Below, piece by piece: positions 20,862 to 30,535 of a stretch of 64,000 bases of DNA (within the stretch, counting starts at the first letter, position 1; the number at the start of each line of letters is the position of its first letter). The translations under genes and the position numbers were made by a program. The notes beneath the pieces were generated by a model that saw only the letters and a program-made list of their open reading frames with translations, was not told where the DNA came from and did no database searches. The DNA is from Eubacteriales bacterium (GTDB lineage: Bacteria > Bacillota > Clostridia > Oscillospirales > CAG-272), in the NCBI GenBank assembly GCA_045655185.1, contig JAZOOS010000012.1, positions 87,396-151,395 on the forward strand. The letters run 5' to 3'.

Positions 20862-22202
20862 TTAGAACGGCATTTTCATTCTGCCGCCGAAGAGCCCCTT
20901 CATCTTTCCGGGAGAAGAGAGCTGCTTCATCATTTTTTTCATTTGCTCAAATTGCTTGACGAGGCGATTGACCTCTTCAACCGAGGTGCCGCTGCCAAGC
21001 GCGATTCTTTTTCGGCGAGAGCCGTTCAGCGTTTCGGACGGATAAGTCCTTTCTTGGGGTGTCATCGAAAGCACGATGGCCTCAATACGCGAGAGCTGCT
21101 TTTCGTCTACGTTGATATTCTCAAGCGCCGAAGCGCTGACCCCGGGGATCATCCCAAGAAGCTGATTGAGGTTGCCCATCTTGCGAAGCTGGCGCAGCTG
21201 CATCAAAAAGTCTTCAAAGGTGAAGGCCGATTCGCGCATCTTGCGCTCCATATCCTTCGCGGTCTTTTCATCAAAGGCAGCTTCGGCCTTTTCGATCAGC
21301 GAAAGCACATCGCCCATTCCCAAAATGCGGGAGGCCATACGGTCGGGGTGGAAGGGCTCGATCGCGTCCATCTTCTCGCCTGTGCCGATAAACTTGATCG
21401 GTTTGCCGGTGACGTACTTGACCGAAAGGGCGGCACCTCCCCTTGTATCACCGTCCATCTTGGTCATAATAACACCGGTGATGGATAGGCGTTCGTTAAA
21501 GGTGGCGGCCACGTCAACGGCGTTTTGCCCCGTCATCGCGTCAACCACCAGAAGGATCTCGGTTGGCTCGGTAGCGGCTTCAATCTTTTCCAGCTCGCGC
21601 ATCATCTCATCGTCGATCTGAAGGCGGCCTGCGGTATCGATGAATACCATATCGAAGCCCTGCTTTTTGGCATGCTCAACGCCCGCCTTGGCGATCTTTA
21701 CGGGGTTTTGACCCGTACCAAGCGAAAAGACGGGAACGCCGATCTGCTCCCCAACGATCTTTAACTGATCGATGGCGGCAGGGCGGTATACGTCGCAAGC
21801 GATAAGCAACGGATTTTTGCCTTTTTTCTTGAAATAAGCGGCCAGCTTACCGGTGTGGGTGGTTTTACCCGCGCCCTGTAAGCCGCACATCATCAAAACC
21901 GTCGGGGGCTTTGATGCGATCTCGATCTTCGGGGATTCGGAGCCCATCAAGCGAACAAGCTCTTCGTTTACGATCTTGATGATCTGTTGGGCGGGAAGGA
22001 GGCTTTCCAGTACCGCTTCGCCTACCGCGCGTTCGGTCACGGCTTTTACGAATTCGCGCACGACCTTAAAGTTGACGTCGGCCTCAAGAAGCGCAAGCTT
22101 TACCTCGCGCATGCCTTCCTTGACGTCTGCTTCGGTCAGCTTTCCTTTATTGCGGAACTTTTTCAGCGCCGCTGTCAGTTTTTCGGTAAGACCTTGAAAC
22201 AA
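20862..22202 (-). CDS. ffh: Signal recognition particle protein Ffh
   Basis: GLQGAGKTT, DTAGR, TKMDGD and Met-rich M domain; TTG start. Confidence 0.98.
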   Translation of the reverse strand: MFQGLTEKLTAALKKFRNKGKLTEADVKEGMREVKLALLEADVNFKVVREFVKAVTERAVGEAVLESLLPAQQIIKIVNEELVRLMGSESPKIEIASKPPTVLMMCGLQGAGKTTHTGKLAAYFKKKGKNPLLIACDVYRPAAIDQLKIVGEQIGVPVFSLGTGQNPVKIAKAGVEHAKKQGFDMVFIDTAGRLQIDDEMMRELEKIEAATEPTEILLVVDAMTGQNAVDVAATFNERLSITGVIMTKMDGDTRGGAALSVKYVTGKPIKFIGTGEKMDAIEPFHPDRMASRILGMGDVLSLIEKAEAAFDEKTAKDMERKMRESAFTFEDFLMQLRQLRKMGNLNQLLGMIPGVSASALENINVDEKQLSRIEAIVLSMTPQERTYPSETLNGSRRKRIALGSGTSVEEVNRLVKQFEQMKKMMKQLSSPGKMKGLFGGRMKMPF

Positions 22203-22219
22203 GGGTTTTCTCCTTTACT

Positions 22220-22570
22220 TTAATCGGCAAGCTTTTCGGAAAGGGAAAGGATCTCTTTTGCGGCGAACCGCGTTTTTTCATCCCCCGATTCGCAAAGCCC
22301 CGCGGCCAAGGCCCGAATGCCTTCGATCAGGGCGGCATCGCTTTGGTGCCGTTTGGCAAGCCCCAGCTTCTCTTCAAGCGAAAAGAGGATATCCTCTCCT
22401 TTTTTTAATATATGGCGAACCCCTTGGCGGGAGATGCCGATCTCGCCTGCGATCTCAGCCAGCGAAAGGTCTTCACCATAGTAAGCGGAGAGGATCTTTT
22501 TGGTGTGTTCGTCCAGCACCTCTCCATAAAAATCAAGCAGATATTCGATCGTAAGGTTCTTCTCAAACAA
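22220..22570 (-). CDS. ylxM: YlxM family HTH protein
   Basis: LLDFYGEVL...DLSLAEIA...ISRQGV; immediately upstream of ffh. Confidence 0.92.
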   Translation of the reverse strand: MFEKNLTIEYLLDFYGEVLDEHTKKILSAYYGEDLSLAEIAGEIGISRQGVRHILKKGEDILFSLEEKLGLAKRHQSDAALIEGIRALAAGLCESGDEKTRFAAKEILSLSEKLAD

Positions 22571-22583
22571 AGCGATTCACCTC

Positions 22584-22633
22584 TGTAAACCGATTTACTT
22601 TACAAGTATAGCACGCCTTTTTCAAAATGTCAA
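22584..22633 (-). promoter_or_regulatory. ylxM-ffh promoter with adjacent palindrome
   Basis: Minus-strand TTGACA-17-TATACT (22633-22605) followed directly by TGTAAA-N9-TTTACA. Confidence 0.7.
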
Positions 22634-22782
22634 GAAAAAAAGTAAAAAACTTTTTAAAAAGACTTGAAATTTCGAAAAAAGTATGATAAACTTTATTACT
22701 GTGTGTAGGTGAATGCTTTTTCACACCCTCTCAGGTGATAATGCAGTCAGCGAGCCAAAAATAAAAGTTGGAGGAAAGTTTC

Positions 22783-23046
22783 GTGCCGAATATCAAATCT
22801 GCCAAAAAGCGCGTCAAAGTGACCAAGGCGAAAGCTCTGCGGAACCAAATCTTCAAGACGCAGATGCGCAATATCATCAAGAAGTATGATGCCGCCCTTG
22901 CCGAAGGCAATCTCGAGTTGGCAAGTGCCGCTTACAAGGTGGCCGTGAAGAAGATCGACCAAGCAGTTGCTCATGGCATTCTTCATAAGGACAACGCCGC
23001 TCACAAGAAGAGCAGCTTTACCAAGAAGCTCAATAACCTGGCTTAA
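22783..23046 (+). CDS. rpsT: 30S ribosomal protein S20
   Basis: GTG start (MPNIKSAKKRVK) after GGAGG; ILHKDNAAHKKS. Confidence 0.97.
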   Translation: MPNIKSAKKRVKVTKAKALRNQIFKTQMRNIIKKYDAALAEGNLELASAAYKVAVKKIDQAVAHGILHKDNAAHKKSSFTKKLNNLA

Positions 23047-23111
23047 TTACGCGAAACGGTGCACAGCTTGACCCGGCTGTGCGCCGTTTGTTTTTATGTA
23101 AAGGAGAAAGT

Positions 23112-24542
23112 ATGAAAAGAAAAAGTGGGGTCTTGCTCCCGATCTTTTCGCTTGGGGGCGGCCATTCTATCGGCTCCTTTGGCATTGACGCTTACCGTTT
23201 TATCGACAAGCTTTGCGAAGGGGGCTTTTCTCTTTGGCAGATCCTGCCGCTTGGCGCGACCGATCGGTGGGGCTCTCCCTATAACTCTGCCTCTTCCTTT
23301 AGCTTAAACCCGTATTTTGTTGACCTGCAACAGCTTTTTGAGGAGGGGCTTTTAACGAGGGAAGAGCTCTCGTCTGCCAAGGAAAGCACGCCGTACCGCT
23401 GTGAATATGCGCGTCTTTCCAAGGAACGGCTTAAGCTTTTGTTTTCGGCCGCCGCCCGCTTTCGGGATAAGGAAGCCGTAAAAGCTTTTATCGAGGAACA
23501 CCCTTACGTGGGAGAATTCTGCCGCTTTATGACCTTGAAAGAGGTAAACGGGGGAGCCCCTCATTGGGAATGGAGAGAAACGGTTCTCCCGGATGAAAGG
23601 CTGTTTGCTTGGCAGTTTATTGAGTATAAGGCGTATCATCAATGGCAGGCGCTTCACGCTTACGCCTCATCGCGCGGGGTTTCGATCCTTGGGGATCTTT
23701 CGATGTATCCTTCGCTTGACAGTGCTGACGTTTATTTTCATTCCGAAGAATTTTTGCTGGACGAAAAAGGACGGCCGCTATCGGTCGCGGGTGTGCCCCC
23801 CGATGCCTTTGCGCCCGAAGGGCAGAAATGGGGCAATCCGTTGTATCGCTGGAAAAAGGCATCAAAAGAAGGCTACGCCTTTTTCAAAGAGCGGCTTTCC
23901 TTTGCGTGCTCGCTTTTTGACGGGGTAAGGCTTGACCACTTTCGCGCGCTTGAATCCTATTTCGCCATTCCCGTCGATCAAAGCGCCCGGGAAGGGCGCT
24001 GGATAAAGGGGCCGGGGAACGGCCTTCTACGGGCGCTTGCTGATCTTATCGAGGGGGCAGACGTCATCGCCGAGGATCTTGGCTTCATCACCCCCGCGGT
24101 GGAGCGATTGGTAAAAAGATCGGGCTTTGCCACCACGCGCGTTTTACAATTCGGCTTTTCGGGGGAGGGGGAAAATCCGCACTTGCCGCACCGTTACCCC
24201 GAAAACGCGGCCGTCTATACGGGCACGCACGATAACAACACCCTTTTGGGGTATCTATATGAATTAAAGGAAGAAGATCGGGGGCGCATCCTCTCGTATT
24301 GCAACGCGGAAGGGAAGCGGCCTTCCGAAGCCATTGAGCCGATCGTTAAGACATTGCTTGCCAGCCGTGCGCGGCTGGCGATCTTCCCGCTGCAAGACCT
24401 TTTGGGATACGGGGGCGATGCGCGCATCAATACCCCCGGGCGCGCCGAGGATAACTGGCATTTTCGCCTTTCAAGCGAGGATATATCCGCGTTTGACCTT
24501 TCCCGCTTTCTTCCTTTAAACCGTTTATACGGGCGCATATAA
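23112..24542 (+). CDS. malQ: 4-alpha-glucanotransferase (GH77)
   Basis: SGVLLPIFSL, WQILPL, AGVPPDAF..GQKWGNPLY, RLDHFR, IAEDLG, YTGTHDN. Confidence 0.95.
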   Translation: MKRKSGVLLPIFSLGGGHSIGSFGIDAYRFIDKLCEGGFSLWQILPLGATDRWGSPYNSASSFSLNPYFVDLQQLFEEGLLTREELSSAKESTPYRCEYARLSKERLKLLFSAAARFRDKEAVKAFIEEHPYVGEFCRFMTLKEVNGGAPHWEWRETVLPDERLFAWQFIEYKAYHQWQALHAYASSRGVSILGDLSMYPSLDSADVYFHSEEFLLDEKGRPLSVAGVPPDAFAPEGQKWGNPLYRWKKASKEGYAFFKERLSFACSLFDGVRLDHFRALESYFAIPVDQSAREGRWIKGPGNGLLRALADLIEGADVIAEDLGFITPAVERLVKRSGFATTRVLQFGFSGEGENPHLPHRYPENAAVYTGTHDNNTLLGYLYELKEEDRGRILSYCNAEGKRPSEAIEPIVKTLLASRARLAIFPLQDLLGYGGDARINTPGRAEDNWHFRLSSEDISAFDLSRFLPLNRLYGRI

Positions 24543-24592
24543 AAAGGGCGTACGGATTTGGAGCAGAAATACTATGATGTGGGGAAAAGAAA

Positions 24593-24627
24593 AAAGAAAG
24601 CCGAAGCATTATGCTTCGGCTTTCTTT
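24593..24627. terminator. Bidirectional terminator
   Basis: AAAGAAAGCCGAAGCA-TTA-TGCTTCGGCTTTCTTT. Confidence 0.85.
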
Positions 24628-24641
24628 ACCGTAAGTCACTA

Positions 24642-27503
24642 TTATTTGGCAACCCAGTTATAGTGAATGTCTGCGTTTGTGAGGCAGTCGTTATCGTTCG
24701 GGTTGATCTCGATTTCGTTCCACTTTTCCGCATCGGCGGCATAATAAACGTCGGTCAATGCGTTGCAGTCCATGAACGCGCTCGAGTTGATAGTTTTCAA
24801 ATAGCTGCTGCCAATCTTTATAGCAACGAGGGAATTGCACCATGCAAACGCATAATAGTCGATCGTTTCTACCTCATAACCGAGCGAAACGTATTTGAGC
24901 ATATAGCAGCCCGAAAACGCGCTGCCGCCAATATGCGTGACGGTCACCGGAAGATGAACGCCGAGGATTTCCTTGTTCGCAAAGGCATCCTCGCCAATCT
25001 CTTGTACCGGCTTGCTGTCAATATAAGCGGGAACGATAATATAATCATCGGTACAAGTGCCGATACCGGTCACTATATAATAATTTCCGTCAGCGGAAAG
25101 CTCAAAATCAAGCCCCACGGAGTATACGATTTCCTCACCGCAGAAGCGACAGACGGTGTACTCGTAGAAATGTCCGGTCGGCTCATATTCCACCCTCTCG
25201 GACTTGTAGTCGCAAACCGAGCATTCCTCATACGCGCTATATCCCGCCTCGGTGCAGGTAGCTTCCTTGGCGGCATAGGTAGTAATCGTGTGCGCGCTTC
25301 CGTAGTGATAAACAATCGTATTTATCCATTGCTTTGCATCGGCGGAAAGCTTTATCGTTTCCCACTCGGCTTTGGTTCCGAGGAAGTTTATCGTCACGCA
25401 CTTCACGCTGTTTTTCGTGTACAGCGCCCAATCGCCGATTTCACTGACCGTCTTCGGAATTACGATGCTTTCAATACCGCTCGCTCGGAAAGCGTTCATA
25501 TGGATCTTATAGTTCTCTCCGTTAAAGCTGTCGGGCAAGGTAATCTCGGTACCGTCACCTACGTAGGACACAAGGGTGGCTTCACCGTTTTCAACGTAGA
25601 AGTAATAACCATCCAAGAGAACCATATTACTGTTTCCGTTATGGTCGCCGAGGAGCTGATCCTTTATAAAGAAGTTGAAATCTTCGGTATCGATCTCCGA
25701 ATTGTTTATAATCTCAACAAGATTGAAGCAATCAAGGAACACGCTGTTATCGATGGAAATAATCATAGGATCAAGCGTAGACGGAATATACAAGCTTACA
25801 ATATCGCTGTATGCCAATGCCGCCTGCTTAATTCTGCTCACGGGCAGATTGTTATAGGTTGAGGGGATTATGATAACCTTATCGGTACAAGTGCCAAGGC
25901 CTACAAGCTCGTAGCTCTTACCGTCGCTTGCAAGCTCAAACTCAAGTCCGACACTTCCCTCTCGGTTATGGCAAACCGTACATTCGCCGTTAACGTAATT
26001 GTGTGGAGTAGTATTTAACAGCACCGGCTTGGGAGCGATTTCGGGTGTGTGCTCTATTACGTAGCAACGTCTGCAATAAGCGATCGTTTCATAACCTACG
26101 GTCGTACAGGTGGGCTCTATTCTTAGCATAGGCACGTCGTCGTGACCGTACGGGGCAAGCTCCTCGTGCAGATCAACGTCATTGCAATTAGCGCAGGTCG
26201 TCGTTTTGCTGCCGGGCTCGGTGCAGGTCGGCGGATCGTTTAAGATTACGTAAGAGTGACCGTTGCTCGGGTTTGCCTTGAACGTGTTAAAATCATCGCA
26301 TCTGGAACAGGTTTGGTAAGCATAACAGCCGTCCTCATAGCATGTAGGATCTTTTGCTTGGTGCTCTATTATGTCGTGGTCAAGCGCGTCAAGCTTATTT
26401 TCGAGCTCCTCGCTCCAGTCGCCTCTTGAGCAGTACCGGAATTCACGCCAACCACCCTCGGTACAAGTTGGAGTTTTTCCGGGCATAGTCACTATATCGT
26501 GCTCAAGCGCGGGAATTTCATTATAATTTTCCTTATAACTGCATCTTGTGCAGTAATAGTATATATCCCAGCCGATTTCGGTACACGTTTCCTTTTTTCC
26601 CCAATCGGTTTCCATCAAATGTCTTTTTTCGATGATATTATCCTGCTTTGTCGAGTAGCTGCATCTTGTGCAGGCTTCGTAAGCATACCAGCCGTCCTCA
26701 GTGCAGGTTTCGCTCTTTGCATCGTAATACACTTTATCGTGGTCGAGCGGGTCAATCAGATTCTCAAACTTGTTATCCCAATCGCATCTTTCGCAAGTTT
26801 GATAAGCGTACCAGCCAAAGTCTGTGCAAGTAGGCTCTTGTGCCAAGTTATCTACGGTTTTATGGTTGAGAGCCGGGATTTCCTCGTAGGTGGTGTATTC
26901 GCATCTCGAGCAATACTCATAATCGCCCCATCCTACGTTAGTGCAGTTCGGCTCTTGCGCAAGCGCGGTCACTATATCGTGCTGAAGTGCGGGGAGCTCT
27001 TGATAGGTAGTATATTCACATGCCGTGCACGTCTCGTAGGCATGCCAGCCCGCCTCGGTACAAGTAGAGCTCTTCGCTTCGTGATGGACCTTTTGGTGAT
27101 CGGTTGCGGGTATGATCTCGTACGTGGTGTATGTGCAACGCGAGCAGCTTACGTAATCACCGTAGCCGGCCTCTTCGCAGGTAGGCGCTTTTCCGCTATG
27201 CGATACCTCGTCGTGCCCCAAAGGAGAAGTAGATATTCTATCTCTGCTCATTTCCTTATCGCACGCGCTGCAGTAGCGAACAGCATCGTACTCGCCGCCC
27301 TCGGTACAAGTAGCAGATATCTCACGCTCGGTGGCAACTCTTACCTCAACGTGCTGGCACTCCGGATTTTGCCCTGTCGTCATTCCTTGCCCTGTTGTCG
27401 TTTCTTGCCCCGTCGGCGTTTCTCCTTCTCCGCAAGAATAGAGCAGAAGCGTAAGCGCTATGATCCATGCGGCGCGGATTACGGCCTTTAAAGCTTTTTT
27501 CAT
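24642..27503 (-). CDS. Lipoprotein with ~12 His/Cys (H...TC...CxxC) repeats and BspA-type LRR modules
   Basis: MKKALK start; lipobox LLYSC. Eleven tandem repeats of about 39 aa, consensus xPTCTExG...CxRC...PALxH, plus one later copy. LRR patterns such as LPVTVTHIGGSAFSGC and VETIDYYAFAWCNSL. Confidence 0.85.
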   Translation of the reverse strand: MKKALKAVIRAAWIIALTLLLYSCGEGETPTGQETTTGQGMTTGQNPECQHVEVRVATEREISATCTEGGEYDAVRYCSACDKEMSRDRISTSPLGHDEVSHSGKAPTCEEAGYGDYVSCSRCTYTTYEIIPATDHQKVHHEAKSSTCTEAGWHAYETCTACEYTTYQELPALQHDIVTALAQEPNCTNVGWGDYEYCSRCEYTTYEEIPALNHKTVDNLAQEPTCTDFGWYAYQTCERCDWDNKFENLIDPLDHDKVYYDAKSETCTEDGWYAYEACTRCSYSTKQDNIIEKRHLMETDWGKKETCTEIGWDIYYYCTRCSYKENYNEIPALEHDIVTMPGKTPTCTEGGWREFRYCSRGDWSEELENKLDALDHDIIEHQAKDPTCYEDGCYAYQTCSRCDDFNTFKANPSNGHSYVILNDPPTCTEPGSKTTTCANCNDVDLHEELAPYGHDDVPMLRIEPTCTTVGYETIAYCRRCYVIEHTPEIAPKPVLLNTTPHNYVNGECTVCHNREGSVGLEFELASDGKSYELVGLGTCTDKVIIIPSTYNNLPVSRIKQAALAYSDIVSLYIPSTLDPMIISIDNSVFLDCFNLVEIINNSEIDTEDFNFFIKDQLLGDHNGNSNMVLLDGYYFYVENGEATLVSYVGDGTEITLPDSFNGENYKIHMNAFRASGIESIVIPKTVSEIGDWALYTKNSVKCVTINFLGTKAEWETIKLSADAKQWINTIVYHYGSAHTITTYAAKEATCTEAGYSAYEECSVCDYKSERVEYEPTGHFYEYTVCRFCGEEIVYSVGLDFELSADGNYYIVTGIGTCTDDYIIVPAYIDSKPVQEIGEDAFANKEILGVHLPVTVTHIGGSAFSGCYMLKYVSLGYEVETIDYYAFAWCNSLVAIKIGSSYLKTINSSAFMDCNALTDVYYAADAEKWNEIEINPNDNDCLTNADIHYNWVAK

Positions 27504-27651
27504 ATCGTTTTCTCTCTTTCTTAAAATGACTTTAAAATTCTCTATCCGTATTATAATATTTTTATTGTAGCATTTAGATAAAGAAAAGTCAAGATTTTGA
27601 TTGAAAGCCGCAATTTTCCTCAAAAGCGCAAAACTTTTTCCTTAAAAGAAT

Positions 27652-27688
27652 AAAAAAGGCACCCTGTATTTTGCAGGGTGCCTTTTTC
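27652..27688 (-). terminator. Terminator after rpsR
   Basis: AAAAAAGGCACCCTG...CAGGGTGCCTTTTT. Confidence 0.8.
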
Positions 27689-27700
27689 ACGTGTTGCCGA

Positions 27701-27961
27701 TTAGTCGGTAACGTAGGGCAGCAGGGCGGCCTGACGGGCGCGCTTGATAGCACTCGTCAGCTCACGCTGATGCTTCGCACAAGTGCCGGACATACGGCGG
27801 GGAAGGATTTTCGCACGCTCGGAAATATACTTACGAAGACGGGCGACATCTTTATAATCGATAAATTCGACCTTTTCCGCGCAGAAGGCGCAAACCTTCT
27901 TCTTACGACGAAGGTTCGGGCGGAAAGGACGGGGGGAATCGACGTTGTTCTGTCTTTCCAT
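27701..27961 (-). CDS. rpsR: 30S ribosomal protein S18 (Zn-binding type)
   Basis: [27 protein letters not shown]. Confidence 0.98.
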   Translation of the reverse strand: MERQNNVDSPRPFRPNLRRKKKVCAFCAEKVEFIDYKDVARLRKYISERAKILPRRMSGTCAKHQRELTSAIKRARQAALLPYVTD

Positions 27962-28045
27962 TCTAAAGCTCCTGACCTTTCTGGCTCATATTCGAATTAA
28001 GAAGCCCACGGGCATTGAGCCTACGCCTTGGGCGATGCGTTTTAC

Positions 28046-28522
28046 TTAAAAGGGAAGGCTTCCGTCGTCAGGGGTTTCTTCAAAGCTTTTGACGTCGTCG
28101 GCTACGTTGCTGTAAGCGGGCGTGCCGTAAGCGTCGGGCGTGTATTGGGTGTTGTTAGAGCCGGGGGCGGCGTCGTTCTTCGACTCGACGAAGGAAACCT
28201 CGTCTGCCACGACCTCGGTCGCGTAATGCTTAGCACCCTGCTGGTCGGTCCAGCTGCGGGATTGCAGTTGTCCGCACACCAGAATCGGACGGCCCTTTTT
28301 GAACCAACGTGCGACGAATTCAGCACTTTGACGCCAGGCAACGACCGTGATAAAATCGGCCGTCTGCTGCTGGGCGCCCTGTCCCTCGGCGCTGTTGTTG
28401 CGCGAGAAACGGCGGTTGATCGCCAGCGTGAAGCGGCAAACCGAGATACCGGTAGGGGTCTGTCTTAATTCGGGGTCTGCGACCAAATTCCCGATCAGAA
28501 TTACTTTGTTGAAACTGGCCAT
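28046..28522 (-). CDS. ssb: Single-stranded DNA-binding protein
   Basis: NKVILIGNLVADPELR, ADFI.VVAW, acidic tail ending LPF. Confidence 0.97.
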   Translation of the reverse strand: MASFNKVILIGNLVADPELRQTPTGISVCRFTLAINRRFSRNNSAEGQGAQQQTADFITVVAWRQSAEFVARWFKKGRPILVCGQLQSRSWTDQQGAKHYATEVVADEVSFVESKNDAAPGSNNTQYTPDAYGTPAYSNVADDVKSFEETPDDGSLPF

Positions 28523-28541
28523 AACAATTGCCTCCTCTTTT

Positions 28542-28904
28542 TTATTCAGCAGCTGCTTCCGTGCTTACGGCTTCTGCGGGCTGCGGTTCTTTCGCTGCGG
28601 CGGCCTTTTTCGGGGCGGCAACGGTAGTCATCGAGCGCAGGATACCGTCGGTAATCCCGAGCACACGCTCCATTTCCGCGGGGAAATCAGCAGGGCTGCG
28701 ATAGGACAAGAGAACGAAATAACCGTCGGTCAGATCGTTGATGGGATACGCAAGCTTGCGCTTACCCCACTCGTCCTGAGATTCGAGCGTTCCGTTTGCC
28801 TTAACGAGCGACGCGAACTTTTCAATAAGCGCCTTGATCTCTTCCTCGGGAAGAGCTGCGTTGACGGCAATCAGAGTTTCGTACGAACCGATTCTTTTCT
28901 CCAT
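28542..28904 (-). CDS. rpsF: 30S ribosomal protein S6
   Basis: YET...EWGKRKLAYPI; rpsF-ssb-rpsR order. Confidence 0.96.
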   Translation of the reverse strand: MEKRIGSYETLIAVNAALPEEEIKALIEKFASLVKANGTLESQDEWGKRKLAYPINDLTDGYFVLLSYRSPADFPAEMERVLGITDGILRSMTTVAAPKKAAAAKEPQPAEAVSTEAAAE

Positions 28905-28912
28905 CAGAATAC

Positions 28913-28958
28913 ACCTCCTTATGGTCTTTTTCGGTCACACAAAGTGTGACAAGGAGTT
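28913..28958 (-). promoter_or_regulatory. S6:S18 ribosomal leader RNA
   Basis: Minus strand reads CTCCTT-GTCACAC-TTT-GTGTGAC-CG-AAAAAGACCAT-AAGGAGG: an anti-SD/SD stem with an inner hairpin and CCG, the architecture of the known S6:S18 motif. Confidence 0.75.
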
Positions 28959-29116
28959 GGACTGCACCTTACAGTCCAAATCAATTTAATATTATACATA
29001 AGTATTTATAAAAAGTCAAGCGTTTTTTGAAATTTTTCCAAAGTGGGGGAATTTTGTCAAACGGCTTGCATTTTTTAGGGCGTTTGTGGTATGATGAAAG
29101 AAAAAAGGAGAGGGCT

Positions 29117-29983
29117 ATGACGGTAAAAGAAAAGGCGTATGCCAAGATCAATCTGTATTTAGACGTCGTCGGACGCTTGCCGAACGGCTTTCACGCGATC
29201 GAAACGGTGATGCAAACCGTCAGCCTTTGCGATGAAGTCACCGTAACGGCCACCCCCTCGGATACCCCTTCGGTCACCCTTACGGTCTCGGGTGATTTTT
29301 CTGTCCCTACGGGGAAAGAAAATTTAGCTTGCCGCGCAGCTTACTTGTATATGGAACGCGCCGCGTGCCCGATGCGCGTGTCTGTTTCTCTCGTTAAGCG
29401 TATCCCCGTTGGGGCAGGGCTTGCGGGGGGGAGCAGCGACGCCGCCGCCGTTTTGCGCGCGATGAACCGTATAAATAACGGCTTTTTCTCCACCGAGGTG
29501 TTGCTCTCTCTTTGCGAAGAACTGGGGTCAGACGTCCCCTTTTGCCTTGTGGGGCAAACACGGCTTTGCTGCGGAAGAGGAGAAAAAATGAAAAAGCTTT
29601 CACCGCCGCCCCCCTTCTTTGCCACGCTGTTTACGGGTGGGGAAAGCGTCAGTACCCCCGCTTCCTTTTCTAAGCTCGACACACTTTACGGCGGTTTCGA
29701 GGAAGAAGAAAAGCACGGCGATCTTCCGTCCTTTCTCACCGCCCTTGCTTCAGGCGATCTTTCGGCTATGGCTTCTTCGGCCTATAATATCTTCGAGAAC
29801 TCGGTGCTCTCTGATTGCCCCTTGGCAAAAGAAGCGCTTCTTACGCTTGGGAAAAACGGCGCGCTTGTTGCCCGCATGAGCGGAAGCGGCTCGGCGGTAT
29901 TCGGGATCTTTGATACCGAAGAGGGGGCAAAGAACGCAGCAAAACGGCTCGGCAAGCATGCTTGCACCGTACAGCCGTTGTGA
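29117..29983 (+). CDS. ispE: 4-diphosphocytidyl-2C-methyl-D-erythritol kinase
   Basis: AYAKINLYL, IPVGAGLAGGSSDAA, GSDVPF, MSGSGS. Confidence 0.95.
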   Translation: MTVKEKAYAKINLYLDVVGRLPNGFHAIETVMQTVSLCDEVTVTATPSDTPSVTLTVSGDFSVPTGKENLACRAAYLYMERAACPMRVSVSLVKRIPVGAGLAGGSSDAAAVLRAMNRINNGFFSTEVLLSLCEELGSDVPFCLVGQTRLCCGRGEKMKKLSPPPPFFATLFTGGESVSTPASFSKLDTLYGGFEEEEKHGDLPSFLTALASGDLSAMASSAYNIFENSVLSDCPLAKEALLTLGKNGALVARMSGSGSAVFGIFDTEEGAKNAAKRLGKHACTVQPL

Positions 29984-30039
29984 CCTATAAAAAAGGCGTG
30001 ATGTCCGTCACGCCTTTTTGTTTTTACTTGCTTTTTCTC

Positions 30040-30531
30040 TCAGCAGGGCTTTACGGGCGCCGCCGACTCGTGCGTGGCAAGCGACTCTCCGCATTCTACC
30101 TTTGCGATCATATCGACGCGCAGGCTATGGCGCCCACCCGCTTCAAAGGGGGTCGAAAGAAAGAGATCGACGATATCGAGGGCAAGCCCCGGGCCGATCA
30201 CGCGCGCCCCCATGCAAAGCACGTTCGCGTCGTTATGCTGGCGCGTCATACGCGCGCTGAAGGTGTCGCCGCAAAGGGCGGCGCGGATCCCCTTGACCTT
30301 GTTGGCAGCCATGCTCATACCGATGCCGGTGCCGCAGATAAGGATGCCGCAGGAATTGCTGTCAGCCGCTACGTGGCGGGCAACCGCCTCGGCAAAAACG
30401 GGATAGTGCGAGGAAGCGGCGGAGTCCGCCCCAAGGTCTACGACCGAATATCCGGCCTCGGCAAGATGCTCTTTGACCGTCTTTTTTAATTCAAATCCTG
30501 CGCTGTCGGCGCCAATATAAACAGTTCTCAT
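30040..30531 (-). CDS. rpiB: Ribose-5-phosphate isomerase B
   Basis: GILICGTGIGMSMAANKVKGIRAA, HNDANVLCMG. Confidence 0.93.
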   Translation of the reverse strand: MRTVYIGADSAGFELKKTVKEHLAEAGYSVVDLGADSAASSHYPVFAEAVARHVAADSNSCGILICGTGIGMSMAANKVKGIRAALCGDTFSARMTRQHNDANVLCMGARVIGPGLALDIVDLFLSTPFEAGGRHSLRVDMIAKVECGESLATHESAAPVKPC

Positions 30532-30535
30532 ATTT

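Noticed and set aside
25967-25983. CxxCH heme-c motif (CTVCH) in the Cys-rich lipoprotein
   Set aside because: Single occurrence within a CxxC repeat family whose other copies lack the His.
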